Below, one piece after another: positions 50,501 through 63,947 of a stretch of DNA of 64,000 bases (position 1 is its first letter; every line of letters begins with the position of its first letter). The stretch is from Vermamoeba vermiformis (lineage: Eukaryota), in contig JBEWZL010000056.1 in assembly GCA_045837725.1 (NCBI GenBank), positions 124,001 to 188,000 of the forward strand, written 5' to 3'. The translations under genes were made by a program, and so were the position numbers. The notes beneath the pieces are model-generated. The model worked only from the letters and a program-made list of their open reading frames with translations, was not told the DNA's origin and made no database searches.

Positions 50501-53442
50501 TTATTGTTTATATTTCATGATATTTGGCTCCATATCGATGCAAGATAGGTTTTTACGATTCTTCAAGTGCACATCCGCACCATTGTCGAGGAGCAACTTG
50601 ATGAAGCGTTCCTTCTCATGACAGCGCACTTTGTCTTTGATCACGAGCATCAATGCACTCTCACCGTACTTGTCTTGCATATTCACATCGATTCCTTGTG
50701 CTATCAAGTACTCAACGACTTCAAACTTTGCTGCAAGTGCCAACAACGAACGACCTGTCGCCGAGCATCGTGTGTTCACATCAACTCCAATTTCTTCAAT
50801 CAGAATCTTGGTGAGGTCTATGAATGCCATAAATTTGCTGTAGACAACGAAGAGCTGAATCGCGTCATGTTCATCGCTGAGAAGTTGAATGACATCTTTT
50901 GCTTTGTCAATAAACAACTGCCTGTGCTTAGTAACGATCAATTCAATCAAATCAGTGAAATCTAGAAACATTATTGTTAGCGATAAAATCTACTTCACCT
51001 CGTTGTCACAAGACTTACACAACTCGATCGGATTCACCAACAAGTGATGAAAGTACGACTGTCCTTCAATATCGCAACAAGTGATATCAGCACCGTGTAA
51101 GAGGAGATAGTAGGCAATATGATCTGAATTACACTGAGCCGTCAAAATCAGCGGACTAATGCTACAACGGTGCGCAACTCGATTGACATCTGCTCCGTAT
51201 TTGATCAACGAAATAATTGTCTCCATGTCTCCGTACGACTCAATAACCAAATGAAGCACTGTGTCTCCTTCACTCGTTACTAAATCTGTGCGAGCTCCTT
51301 GTAGCAGCAAGTACTTGATGACATTGGGTGACCGGCGGCAATGCAGTGCTTCTAGTAACGGAGTTCGGTCAACGGTTGAATGAAACGATCTGCCAAACGC
51401 ATTGATATCTGCTCCGTTACTCAAAAACGAGTCAATAATGTCAATGTATTCGGTATCGGACTTCAAATACATGGTCATTGCGGCTACGAATCCGTTTTGC
51501 AAATCAAAGTGCTCTCCGTGTTTGTTGAGTAAGTACTTGATCTTGTTTGGTGCGAAAGATATGGCCATTGATAATGCTGTCTGTCCTCTACTGTCCACGA
51601 GACCAGGATTCACGCCATATTTCGATGTCAAATGTTCTAGTATGTCCTCGTTGGCATTGTTATATACGAGCCAGTTGTACAGAGATCCACCTTTGAATTC
51701 TTCAAGAAATCTCTGTTGAGCGTTAATATCTGCGCCAAGCTCAACAAGAACATCTAGAATTTTGGGCGGTGCTTTGTACCAATCAGATTCAAAGAGCCAG
51801 AACTCGATCGGAACTGAACTTGCTTCGTGTGTGACAATTGATTTAATCACATCTGTCCAAGCTAGTTTGTTGAATTCGTACACTTCTTCATTGATCAGAA
51901 CCATGTATGCATAAGTGGATCCAGGGCTACCAAATAATCTGTCAATATGCACTTTTGCACCATTCTGAATGAACTTTATTGCATCGTCGAGGTTACTGTT
52001 GCTGATAGCGCTGTCAACGATCGTGTCATCCGACCAATCATCGATGAGTGGCGCTAACAATCGAATCTCTATCGGATATTCTTTGTAATATGTCAATATT
52101 GATGAGTGATCAGGGTTATCGTTGATTATAGTTCGGATAGCTTTTTCTGAGAATAATTGCATCACTCGCTCTTCACCAAGAATACGCAGTGCGATGACCA
52201 GAAAATACTTGGGATTAACGTTGCGTTGTAATGCTGAGAAGTTGTTCAACAGAATTTCTTCTATGTTCCTTGTAGAACGCTGACTTACAAGGATTTGTAA
52301 TACAAGTTTTGTAGGAAAAAACGTTTGCCAGTTAGAGACCACACCACAATTATTGTAATAGATTTCGCTTTCAAGATCACTTTCACTCCTTGTCTCTTGA
52401 CCTAAAGACGAGACGGAAAAGTACGGGAATGAGTACTCCATGACGCGTGAATGCAAGTCAACTTCGTACTCCCAACTTGTGAGCTTGAGTAGTCGATCCA
52501 AGTCTTCATCACAATCATCGTAGCCTCGTAGACTTGCAAATAGTGGCGACGTTGATTGCATGAAGAATCTGTGATGATATGGTACAGGGTCTGACGTTGT
52601 GATTAATGTCATGCTCGGAAAATTTTCTCGTAATTGTAGTAGGTCGATGCTGGCACTATCGTTAAATATATATACCTTCTTTACGTTAGTAAAGGGACGT
52701 AGTGTTGAGACACATGAATCTGAGCCATATCCGGTACTCTTTGGTAGAACTAATTCGGTCACTTTTGGAAACGTTTGGTTGATTGGCGTGCTATCAAATA
52801 ACTTGACTTGATATGCATTCGGGAAATGCTTCAGCAAATCATTTGGAACGAATACCGTTGTAATATTCGGGAAGGTGATGTTTTGATATTTACGAGCTGA
52901 GTCAAATCCTGGAAAACATTTGTAAAGAGCTACCAGTGTCAACTTCTTTGATGCTTGTAGTAGTAACACTAGTGCCGATGGCGTAATTTTGATGTCGTAT
53001 ATAAATAGCTCTGTTATTTGATAGTGCATTGCTGTTTCGACTGGCTCAATGTCACATCTACCAGATTGCTGAGCTCTTGGGCGTATAATCAACTGCTTTT
53101 GGGCGTTTGAATGAATAGCTGCCTTATTCCATTGCTTATTAACGAGAACAAAATTTTTCAACCAATAATGGAACTGAAAGAACTTGAAAATATGGTCGCC
53201 AATGATTTCCAACGGCAGATCCGCTATTGTTGGTCCTAAAAATCGGAGGATACTAAATTTAATATTGACTTTAATGTGTCCATACCATGTTCCACAGTAA
53301 ACGTTCGTGGCTATATTTGAGAATTAAATATTTAATTAGTATTTATTTTTTTCTAATAAAATAATTCGATTACCTCGGACTGGTCAATTTTCCTTTTTTT
53401 TGTTGCATGGTCATCATTAGAAAATGAATTCTTTCGCTTCAT
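50501..53442 (-). CDS. NLS + F-box + LRR-like + ankyrin repeat protein, tandem copy 1
   Basis: MKRK..KKRKI NLS; DLPLEIIGDHIFKF F-box; GADIN/TPL/GDTVLH ankyrin repeats; intron joins the 50990 ORF to the 50501 exon. Confidence 0.85.
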
Positions 53443-53520
53443 ACTTCATGTGTGGTAGCGGATGCAAAAATTGCAGTCTCAACTAATATTCGACCAAAAG
53501 AGTGCATTTATTGCATTTTG

Positions 53521-56466
53521 TTACAACCTTAATATATTTGACCTAGGCAAATGTGGTTCAATATCGATTGGGGAGATGCCATTATGATTCTTCAAGTGCA
53601 CATCCGCACCGTTGTCAAGGAGCAACTTGACGAACCGTTCCTTCTCATGACAGCGCACTTTGTCTTTGACCACAAGCATCAATGCACTCTCGCCGTACTT
53701 GTCTTGCATATTCACATTGATTCCTTGCGCTATCAAGTACTCAACGACTTCAAACTTTGCTGCAAGTGCCAACAACGAACGACCTGTCGCCGAGCATCGT
53801 GTGTTCACATCAACTCCAATTTCTTCAATCAGAATCTTAGTGAGGTCTATGAATGACATGAATTTGCTGTAGATAATGGAGAGCAGGATCGGGTCTTGCT
53901 TGGTGATGGCAAGTTGAATGACGGCTTTTGCTTCGTCAATAAAAAACTTGTTGTATTTAGCCAGGATAATGTCCACTATCGCAGCTTCACCTATTAAAAT
54001 ACCATTAACCATTTAATATTGCATTTCAGTTCGTACCTAAGTCAGCAGGGCGTGCAAGCAAGTGATGAAAGAAAGTCGTTCCTTCAACATCACGACGAGT
54101 GACATCAGCGCCGTGTTCGAGGAGACATAAGACGAGACTATCTTCACAATACTGCGTGGCTAACATCAATGGGGTCAAACTGTGCCGTTCAACTCTGTTC
54201 ACATCCGCGCCCTGGTTGCATAGTGCGTCGATAACGGCGCTATCTCGATGAGATTTTATCGCCACGTGAAGAGCTGCGTCACCCTCGCTTGTGACGACGT
54301 CAGTGCGGGCGTCTTTTTCGAGCAAATACTTGATGATAGTAAGCGATAGATTACGGTGCAGTGCCTCCGTCAAAGGTGTCCTAGCAACTGTCGAATGAAA
54401 CGATCTTCCAAGTGCGTTAATATCCGCTCTGTTGTTAACAAAGCAGTCAATCATGTCGACGTATTTTTGGTCTGATTTGCGATGAATGGCCATGGCACAG
54501 ACGAATCCGTTTTGCAGATTCAGTTGATGTCCATGGCGGTTGATTAGAAACCTTATTCTGCTTGTTGCGTGCAACATCGCCATTGATAGTGCTGTCTGAC
54601 CACGACCGTCAATTTGACCTGGATTCACCTTGTGCACCCAACTTAGGTGCTCCAAAATACTAAAATCGACTTTTTTGTAGATAAGCCAGTTGTATAGTGA
54701 TCCTCCTTTGAATTCTTCAGGAAGTCTCTGCTGTGCGTGAATATCGGCTCCGAGTGCGATAAGTGCTTCAAGAAAGATCAATGCTGAGCGTGGAGTTGGT
54801 ACTTCGTACCAATTTGATTCAAAGAGCCAATACTTGATAGGCACTGGCGATGCTCCTTTTACGACGATCAATTCAAGAAATGCCTTCCAACGCTCGTAAT
54901 TGGGTTCTTCATCGAATTCATCAATTTGAACTAACAATCCAGGTTTATCGAATAATCTGTCAATATGCACTTTTGCACCATTCTGAATGAACATTACTGC
55001 ATCATCGAGGTCACCGTTGCTGATAGCGCTGTCAACGATCGTGTCGTCTGACCAATCATCGATGAGTGGCGCTAACAATCGAACCTCTCTCGGATATTCT
55101 TCGTAATATGTCAATATCGACGGATAACTAGGGTTATTGTTGATAATTGTCCGCAGTGCTTCTTCTGAGTACAGCTGCATCACTTGCTCTTCGCTGAGAA
55201 TGTATAGCGCTACGACGAGCAAGTACTTCGGGTTCACGCTCTGTTGCAAAGAAGAAATGTTGTCGAGTAGGAATTCTTCTCTTCGTTTCGTGTCTGGTGC
55301 TTGCAACAGAACTTGAAGCATTTCGAGCGGCGAGAAAAATGTTTTGTAGAGCTGTGACAAAGGAATTTGCGGACATCGACTAGCATAATGAACGTAATGA
55401 TCAACGACTTCACTTCTAGTCTTGTAGGCTTCTACGGTAATTGAAGCTTTTTCGAAGTACGGAAACGAGTACTCTCTAATGCGCGAAAACAGATCCACTT
55501 CGTACTCCAACGACGTGAATTTGAGCTCTTCCATGAACATCGATTGATCATCCCAATTATACGTTGAATCATATAACGGAGTTGCCTGCTTAATAACGTT
55601 AAATGCTCTCTGGTGATATGGTTGGATTGAAGTGACAAACGTCACGTTTGGGAACTCAAGTTGCAGCTCGTTCAGATCCTCTAATTTGTGAAAAATGTAT
55701 ACTGTTTTCACGTTGGGTGTGCGAGTTAATATTGCTTTGTAAGCGCTGTTGGACAATCTCTTCCGCTTGTACATCACTAACTCTGTCACTTTTGGAAGGT
55801 GTTCGAGTTTCTTTGAGTTGCTAAGTAGCTCGACACGAGTTGCGTTTGGAAAATGTTTTCGTAAATGATCGGGTACTGCGACCGTTGTGATATTGGGAAA
55901 GGTCAAATCTGCGCGAAATTCGCCGAAATAAGCTCGACTTAAACTGGCAAACACGACTAATTTCTTCGATGCCAGTAATAATAGCTCCAAATCCGCGCTT
56001 TGGATGGTATAGTTTGAATATATAAATAATTCTGTTATTTGATAACGTGCAGCGGTAGCAATTGCATTGCCGTCACATTGTTGAGAATAAATGAGTATTA
56101 GCTGCTTTTGAGCGTTTGAATGAATAGCTGCCTGCTTCCATCGCTTATTAACAAGAACTAAATTTTTCAACCAATAATGGAACTGAAAGAACTTGAAAAT
56201 CTGGTTGCCAATGATTTCCAACGGCAGATCTTCCTCTGTTACCACTTCATAACAAAATTAATTAATTAGTTTATCATTCTAAAATTAGCACTGTATAATA
56301 ATAAGAATACCAGCATTATTGGAGGTAGTTGGCGCACTCTATTATTTACAAGAATTAAAATTGCTATTTTATTGTAAGTGCAACGTTCGGTACCTACCTC
56401 TGCATCGCCAATTTTTTGTTTTTTAGAAGCAGGAGGATCGGAAGAAGGAGGGTCCTTTCGTTTCAT
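53521..56466 (-). CDS. NLS + F-box + LRR-like + ankyrin repeat protein, tandem copy 2
   Basis: MKRK..KKQKI NLS; DLPLEIIGNQIFKF; collinear with copy 1, last exon nearly identical. Confidence 0.85.
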
Positions 56467-56530
56467 TTGGACGTGTTGTAGATCAAGCGGTAAATTGCAA
56501 AACAATTAAATCAAAGACAAAACCAACACC

Positions 56531-57529
56531 ATGTCGTGGTATCAAACAGTTATTACTTTAGGAGCCAAAAAACGAGGCTGCCACTTAGTTACAAAGGAGA
56601 TCCTCTCAAATGTTCCGAAGATCAAGGACTACAAAGTCGGTCTCGCGAATTTATTTAGTAAGATTAATATTATTAAATAATACAAATGCAGTTTATTAAT
56701 GTACGGGCAGTTCAACACACTTCAGCGAGCTTGTCCATAAATGAAAATTGTGACTCGGATGTACGCTTGGATCTTGAAGATGCATTGAACTATATCGCGC
56801 CAGAGGTATTAAATAATTTTTTAATAATTATTGGCTACATTGTTTATAATTTATCAAATTGTTGGTAATTGCTTAATTCGCAATTAATATCCCGCACTCA
56901 AAACTCTTCTAACAACTTTTTAATACAGTCAAATAAATATAGACACGATGCTGAAGGTTCAGATGATATGCCAGGTGAGCAGATTTGACCACCAAAACCC
57001 ATCTGTTCTGCTTTGATTCAATTCTCAGTCATATTATTCTCGTGCATTCATTTGTTAATAATATACGTATATTATTATACAGCCCATGTTAAGTCAACAG
57101 TCGTCGGTGTTTCAATCAACATCCCGATCACCAACGGTGCGCTCAACTTGGGCACGTGGCAGGTACGAGACACCTAATGTTTTACTACAGCATACTTTAT
57201 TATCGAACGTTATACCTTTATTTTAACGATTTCACGGGCCCGTATTACGAGAGGTTGATATTTCTAATGTCACTCCGTGTCACATCCAAAAAATACGCTG
57301 TAAATGTGACAGTCATTTAATTCGTTCCGAGACTATCTGGAGCTATTGATAAACATTAGACGCAAAGGATAGCGATTTGGTACCGTTGTCCGTTGTTACG
57401 ATCCACATCTAAAAGTATACTAACTGACGCGTGATTTTGAAGGGGATTTACTTGTGCGAGCATAGAAATCACGCACACGGAAGAAGCGTAGTGGTCACTT
57501 TGCAAGGAGAACTGTTCAACAAGCAATAA
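56531..57529 (+). CDS. yjbQ: YjbQ/UPF0047 family protein
   Basis: [51 protein letters not shown] motifs. Confidence 0.93.
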
Positions 57530-58092
57530 CACCTAAACGTCCAACTTGGATCAGATGTAGGCCTAACATGTAAATAAACCTGATATTGCTTAAAATTGAT
57601 TCAATCTTGATTAAAACTGATGAACTGACGCCGTATACCGTATACCAAGCATTAATCTCACGAAACAGGTTGACAAGCACGAATTTTCTGTTACGGACCT
57701 AAATTTAACTTTAAGATTTAAAAAGTTGGTATTTTATAAGTTAATAATCAACAGACGACCACAACAGAGACCGCTTTATAATTGTAAGTTGTTTTAAACA
57801 TGGTTAATAGTAACTCATATTGATAGTTTTGGAATTAAATAAGCACGATTATGCAACTTTTTGTTTTTGGCGCGAGCGATCTCGCGAGATCCGTTCTTAA
57901 ATTTAACTTCTGCTAATTATTTTTTATTACTTAACCACTAAGTAATCATTTCACATCGCGGTCTGACGTTGTGAACGCACGTATCTTTTTTCAATCCGGA
58001 TTTCAAAAAGAAATAATCGAACTAATTCCTAAATTCTTTAAATGCAAATTTAATCATACTTAAATATTAACTAATTTATTTGATTTGATTAG

Positions 58093-59398
58093 ATGTCCAA
58101 AGCAAACGAAGCAAACCGATCGAAAGAACCAAAACCATCGCAAAGCATCAGCGACGAGCAGAAGCAACGGCTAAAGCGTCAGTTGGAATTAGAAGCTTAT
58201 TGCGCCGTAATTTCTGCATTTAGAGCTCAAGGTAAGCATTTCGATCCCATCAAACTTGTCCGTTTCATCCCGTTTCACTCGTTTTCACTCAAATTAGCGT
58301 CTAATACTATTTTCTCACTAAAAATGCGTCTATAATCATCCATTATATATATTAATTTTAATTTAACCTTGATTTTAAACTTAATATCTGGTACAACCGA
58401 AAGTTTGCTAAAATTTTTTTCGTCTTCCACTTTACCTTAAATAGTAATTGGAATTTATTTAAAGCGGCGCATGTCCGATATAGGCACTAACATTTTATAA
58501 TGTAGGGGAGCTTACTTGGCAAAAAGAAGTAATTTTGCAGGAACTCCGAACAGTGCTCCACGTCTCCGACGAGCGTCACAGGTAAATTTTCGCTTAAAAA
58601 TGCGTTATATATTTATATAATATTGCGTTATTAATATTAAAGTGCGGAGATACAAGTTTTAAGTCCGCTACATTTTGTTTCACGATTATTTTTTTTGACC
58701 GGTATACCTCTCGTATACCCCAATTCAACGAGCTAATATCTCACCCAACATTAATTTATATCACCTATATTCATAACTTACTATAATAATACGCCTAGAT
58801 CGTTTACTTTCCAAAATTTTTTGAGTCGGCACTAACATATTTTGTACGTAGATTGGAATGCTTGCGTGTACAGAACGACGAAGTGTTGACAGTACTAGGA
58901 GATCACTACGGCAAACAAAAACGAGACTTATTTTCAATGCCGCCAGTCAACAAGCCAGCACACAGGTACTCGCTGAGTGAGATCGAAGGCGACACAACAA
59001 CAGCAAATATTCACAGTGACGCGCCGCCAGTGAGCCTATCGCCTAGTGCTCTTAAGAAGTCAAATATGATGGTTGAAGATGACCGGGGAATGTTACTGAA
59101 AGCAAAACCTTTCTCAAACACTGCCGGGAAACCCGCAATTTTGACAACAATTCCGCTGATACCTGAACACCTTTACGATAGCGAAGGATATAATACTATG
59201 GGCAAGATCGATATGTATGATAATAGCAACCCGCAAATGATGCATATGATGCAAACAGATCCGCACGCGCAAAATTATTCTCAAAATTTCAATCAATACG
59301 GACAACAGATGCCTCGACAACCTTACTATGGACAGCAAGGCGATGAGAACTCTAATTCAGGAAATAACCCTTCAGATCGATACAACTATCAAAGTTAA
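58093..59398 (+). CDS. EMSY N-terminal (ENT) domain protein
   Basis: Spliced LELEAYCAVISAFRAQGELTWQKEVILQELRTVLHVSDERHRLE matches the ENT consensus. Confidence 0.9.
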
Positions 59399-59638
59399 CG
59401 AAACTTTTGCGCGGCATTATTTATTTTGTTTTTTCCTTGTAATTAAATAAATCTAAGTGTTCATAACATAAAACTAGACATTGTCGATTTCTGATCTAAT
59501 TCCAAAACTTATTTGGTTTCGCGAAATCTACCGAAACCTTTTTTGGCAATTCTATAAAGCGATGAAAAGTAGGTATTGCTAATTTTGATTTAGTTTAGAA
59601 CAACACAACAGGCCTTTAAATTAATCGTCAGTTTCAGC

Positions 59639-60287
59639 ATGTACAAGCGAAAGGTTATTAACAACAGCCATCATAAGAAGACCGGATTAGCGTTAAGCAG
59701 ACGAAGAACAACGAACTCTTTAGCCATGAACGACCTTATACAATCGACCATGGTGCCTATAATGACAGTCGCTTACGCAGAAAACCAAGTGTCGTACCCT
59801 GATGTCGAACTTGTCGCAACATTGCAAGAGATCTGCTCCTCAGGAAGAGCGAACCAGAAGCAAATTGCCCAAGATTGCAAAATAAGGTACGGTAACATTT
59901 ACTTTAGACAAAACAAACATCCAAAACCCATTTAAATTTAATTCAATCAAATCTGACGTGTCGATCTGAAGCTCAACAAAACTAAGTCAATTCATGAATG
60001 GTGCCACCAGAAAAAAAGGGTGGGCAGACACAGAGCTATTGTTAAAAGAGTGGCTTTCTCGCGTTGTTGGCAATCTATCAAATACTTTGCAATCGTCCGC
60101 ATTTCCCGATGACGACCCAAATATGGAAAGTTGCGTGGAGGAACAATACTCCAAAAATACAGATTTACCGGAAACTGAGCATCACCAGTTTCAGACAACA
60201 TTATTAAATCCGGGAATACCGGAGGCGACCGAAGAATTTCGTTGGATGCAATTCTCAATTGGACAAGCACTCTGCCCAAGCGTGTAA
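59639..60287 (+). CDS. Small Cro/C1-like HTH nuclear protein, copy D (about 187 aa; intron 59887-59971)
   Basis: Spliced NQKQIAQDCKISSTKLSQFMNGATRKKGWADTELLLKEW; same intron position as copies A-C. Confidence 0.8.
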
Positions 60288-60344
60288 TATAATATTGCAC
60301 TTGTATATATGTAAATTATAATATATTTATTAGAAGTACTGTTA

Positions 60345-60914
60345 TTATGCTATTATACAATTGCTTCTGCGCTGTTTTTGCGGCTGTAGCTTTCGACACT
60401 CAGTTACGAGAGCCGAGAATACGGCATCAAGATTCGCAGGTGGATCTTTGAGTGCAGATATCGTTAGAAATGGTACGTTTAGGCTATTTGCTAAAGCAAG
60501 GCCCTCGTCAGTTAAAACGACATGCTGGACTGAATTTTCTAAATCCATTTTGTTTGCCACCAGAACCATCGCGCACTTATCAATTTCTTTGATTTTCAAA
60601 ATTTCTGCGGATTTTTCTGTGATATATCTCAACGAATCTCGGTCCGTTATCGAGTAGATAAGGACAAATCCGTCGGCTTCTTTTATTAAATTGATATTGT
60701 AATTATCTGGCACGTCTGGGTCCCATTGAAATCCACTGTCTATAACTTCAATTGATACTTTTGTGCCATCAACAATTATTTCGCGTTGGTCTATTGCTTC
60801 GATAGTTGGATCGAACGTAGGATCTGATAACTTGTCTCCGTAACACCACGAGACACGCACGGCTGATTTACCAACACCACCCGCTCCAATTAGCACAAAG
60901 CGTTGCTTCTCCAT
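60345..60914 (-). CDS. Divergent intronless Ras-family small GTPase
   Basis: G1 GAGGVGKS, effector FDPTIE, G4 NKMD, G5-like ISAL, CAAX CIIA. Confidence 0.9.
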   Translation of the reverse strand: MEKQRFVLIGAGGVGKSAVRVSWCYGDKLSDPTFDPTIEAIDQREIIVDGTKVSIEVIDSGFQWDPDVPDNYNINLIKEADGFVLIYSITDRDSLRYITEKSAEILKIKEIDKCAMVLVANKMDLENSVQHVVLTDEGLALANSLNVPFLTISALKDPPANLDAVFSALVTECRKLQPQKQRRSNCIIA

Positions 60915-61102
60915 GTCATAGAATATTGCAAGAGGCAGACGTTTTTTTTTTGTTTGGTTGTCAATATTAAAATAAAACGTTAATGATTGGTCCTTTGCAA
61001 CCTCGAAACGGACTCACGAGTGAAAATAGAAGTTCGCTTTATCATAAAGTGCTATATCAAACATTTTTCGGCTTTCTTTTGTCATTTTAGCAATGATCTG
61101 TT

Positions 61103-63947
61103 TTAGTTCTTATCCTCGGCTTCAACTGCTTCTTCTTCCGAGGTAACATTCTCGCCTGCAAGCTCTTTTTGCAGCACTACAGAGTCTTCGCCCAACAAAG
61201 CACAAAGTTCTTGCAACCGTTCAGTCATTTTAGGTACGCCAGTCAACTGAGCCTCCAACTTGGTCTTTTCTTCCTTCAAACTCATTCTCTCGCCTGCATT
61301 CAATTCGGAGAATTTGTAGCCGCCTTGGCCGTCAAATTGAAGCAAATGGTTGTGGTACTTCCACAATGAAGGACGATGAGTTACGGTCAATAAAGTAATG
61401 CCCAAATCAATCGCGTGTTGATACATCTTGCCTTCGACGTCAATGCTAACGGCCTATAATAACAAAACAATATGAATAATACGTTTGACGACATTGAACG
61501 AAATCGTCAAGCGAGATCCGGATCTGATCGACTTTGAAGACACAATTTACTGCATCTTTCAGTATTTAGTTCATTAATTTGCTTAAACAAAGTACTTACG
61601 CTAGTGCACTCGTCCAAAATGGCAAATCGGGGCTTGTGGTAGAACAATCGAGCCATACCCATACGTTGCTTTTCACCTCCAGACAAGACATCAATCCAGT
61701 CGTTCTTGCTGCTCCAGCCACCTTCACGTTGCACGATATAGACGAGATTGACCCACTCGAGAATCCTCATCAAGTCATCGTCAGTGAAGCCCTAAGCCAA
61801 AATGTTAGAAAAAAATTATTCAAGACGTGTTGGATCGCGTGTCACTCCGGTTAAGCCTTGATTCAAAACAGCTTGATTCATAGTCCTACCTTCTTTTTCA
61901 TGTCTTCTTCAGTGTCAGGATAGATAACTTGATCACGAAGAGTACCAAGAGACAAGTAAGGTCGTTGAGGGATGTAGAACATGGTGCCCGACGCAGGACG
62001 AGTCAAACGACCGCCCAAAGTAGGCCACAATCCTCCTAGAATTCTGTGTAACAAAATCATTATTAGCATCAAGCACGCGACGATATCAAATTAATCATGA
62101 ATAATCTAATTTGCGCGTGGCGGAGTTAGTAAGGAAATTTTACCTGAACATCGAGGACTTGCCGCAGCCGTTAGGGCCAGTGATCAGCAAATGCATGCCC
62201 ATCTTGATCTCAAAGTTGAGTTTCTAACATAGAGATTAGCATAATCATTGCTGTGTTTTGTAATATTTGTAAATAAAACACTTTGTACGGAACCCATCCG
62301 CATCTGGGCTTGCAAACTTTCAAACAAGGAGCGGTATAATTTAGTATCAAAATATATAAATTATTATGTTTATGCCGATTTAGCACATCTTATATTTACC
62401 AATCATGACAAATATGGAAATTTCAATTCGAAAGGATTGCTTACCTCGACCAACACATCTCCGTTTGGAGATACAATAGGCACGTCTTCAAACTTAACAA
62501 AATCGCCTTCTTCGACGAGACCGCGTTGCTTACGAATATCTACGCCTTCTTCTTGCGCAACACCACGCTTAAAGTACTTGCCGCCAGAGACATCCTTAAA
62601 TACGGAAATCATTTCGTGGACCCGGGCTGTGTATCCCGCTAACTCCGAAACTTCTTTAAAAGCGAGCATAATACGTTCAATAGCTTCGGCAGCATTGCTC
62701 TATAATTAGAAGCAACGTTAGGAAAAGTTTTTTTGTTACGCATTTCATGAAAAAAGAATTTTCAAAGTCTCAAAGTGCACGTATTAACCCAAATATAACT
62801 CCAACTGAATATGCCTGATTAGGAATACGTATCTCTACTTACCAATAAACCCTTAGCGGTAATGTAGTCCTTCGTCCTAGTGCTGATCGCGTCACCGGTA
62901 GTTGCCACAGTATCTCTCTTTTCGAAGAAGAACGAAGGAATAGCAATAATTAATAGACCAGTAGCGCTCCACACGTATTTCATGAAGAAACCTGAAATAA
63001 AAATTTAAATTGGGCACGCGATCCAAATTGTGGTTAAATTTGGTCATCTTTGAGTAGAATTGTACTCTAACGATATTATAACATTGTGGGACCTATAATC
63101 GCGCTAGTAAATCCGATTTAATAACCCTGATCTAAAAATATCGTAAAATGAATCGGATTTTTCACTCGCCAGATCGAAGGTTGTTAAAATTAACTTTTAA
63201 GCTTAAAATAGCATCGGGACTTACCCTCGAACATGTTGTAGGGAACGCGCTTCCAGAAAATAACGTTCATGTGTTTCACAAGGGCTAAATATGCTCTTTG
63301 GAGTACGCTCTAAAAATACAAATTTAAATCATAGGCTCAAAGGCTATTTAAATCTAAACTTACTTGTTCAATCTGCTGGCCTCTATAGAACGAGATTTCT
63401 TCGGCGTTGGTTATCAGTCTAGAATGGACAAATCGCAGATCGCCTTCCAATTGAGCTTGGCTAAAGGTGAAAATTAGTATTAAGTAATTAACTGTCAATC
63501 TATGCGAGTAATTGCTAAATTTTTTCTGATGTTTGGCATTACGTAATTCAAAAACGAGTTGTTCCGTCGAAATTGAAAGCGCAATCCACCAGTAAATTCC
63601 AATATTTGAAAATAGCATGCCGATAAACCGGCGTCTAAAAATAACATAAAATTTACTTACGTAGCGGCTAATTTGCCGAAAGGTGGTTGGATCAACTTGA
63701 GGAACTGAGCCGTCGAATAAATGACGACAATTGTCAACAAAGCAGGTGCAATAGTGCTAGAACCACCAGCGCGTCTATATGATAATATAATATTAATATT
63801 TGTTCTCAAATAGGAAAACTAAATTTTGACACTTTTGACTGTGTCGCGTGATTGAGGCCAACTTCGATGATGTTTTGGTACGTACTGTCTAACACTGAAG
63901 TATAACTGAACTGTGATCAAAATAATATCCAACAAGGGCTTGGAGAT
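61103..63947 (-). CDS. ABCD: Peroxisomal ABCD half transporter (ALDP/PMP70 family); 5' end lies beyond the window
   Basis: EAA motif [87 protein letters not shown]. Confidence 0.95.

Noticed and set aside
58261-58290. Three imperfect 10-bp repeats (CGTTTCAyyC) in an ENT-gene intron
   Set aside because: Short slippage-type repeat with no spacers; not CRISPR-like
34071-60309. TGTAHATA (Pumilio-like) elements just after the stops of HTH copies A, C and D
   Set aside because: The same motif follows unrelated genes (about 17402, 22203, 57569), so it is more likely a general 3'-end signal
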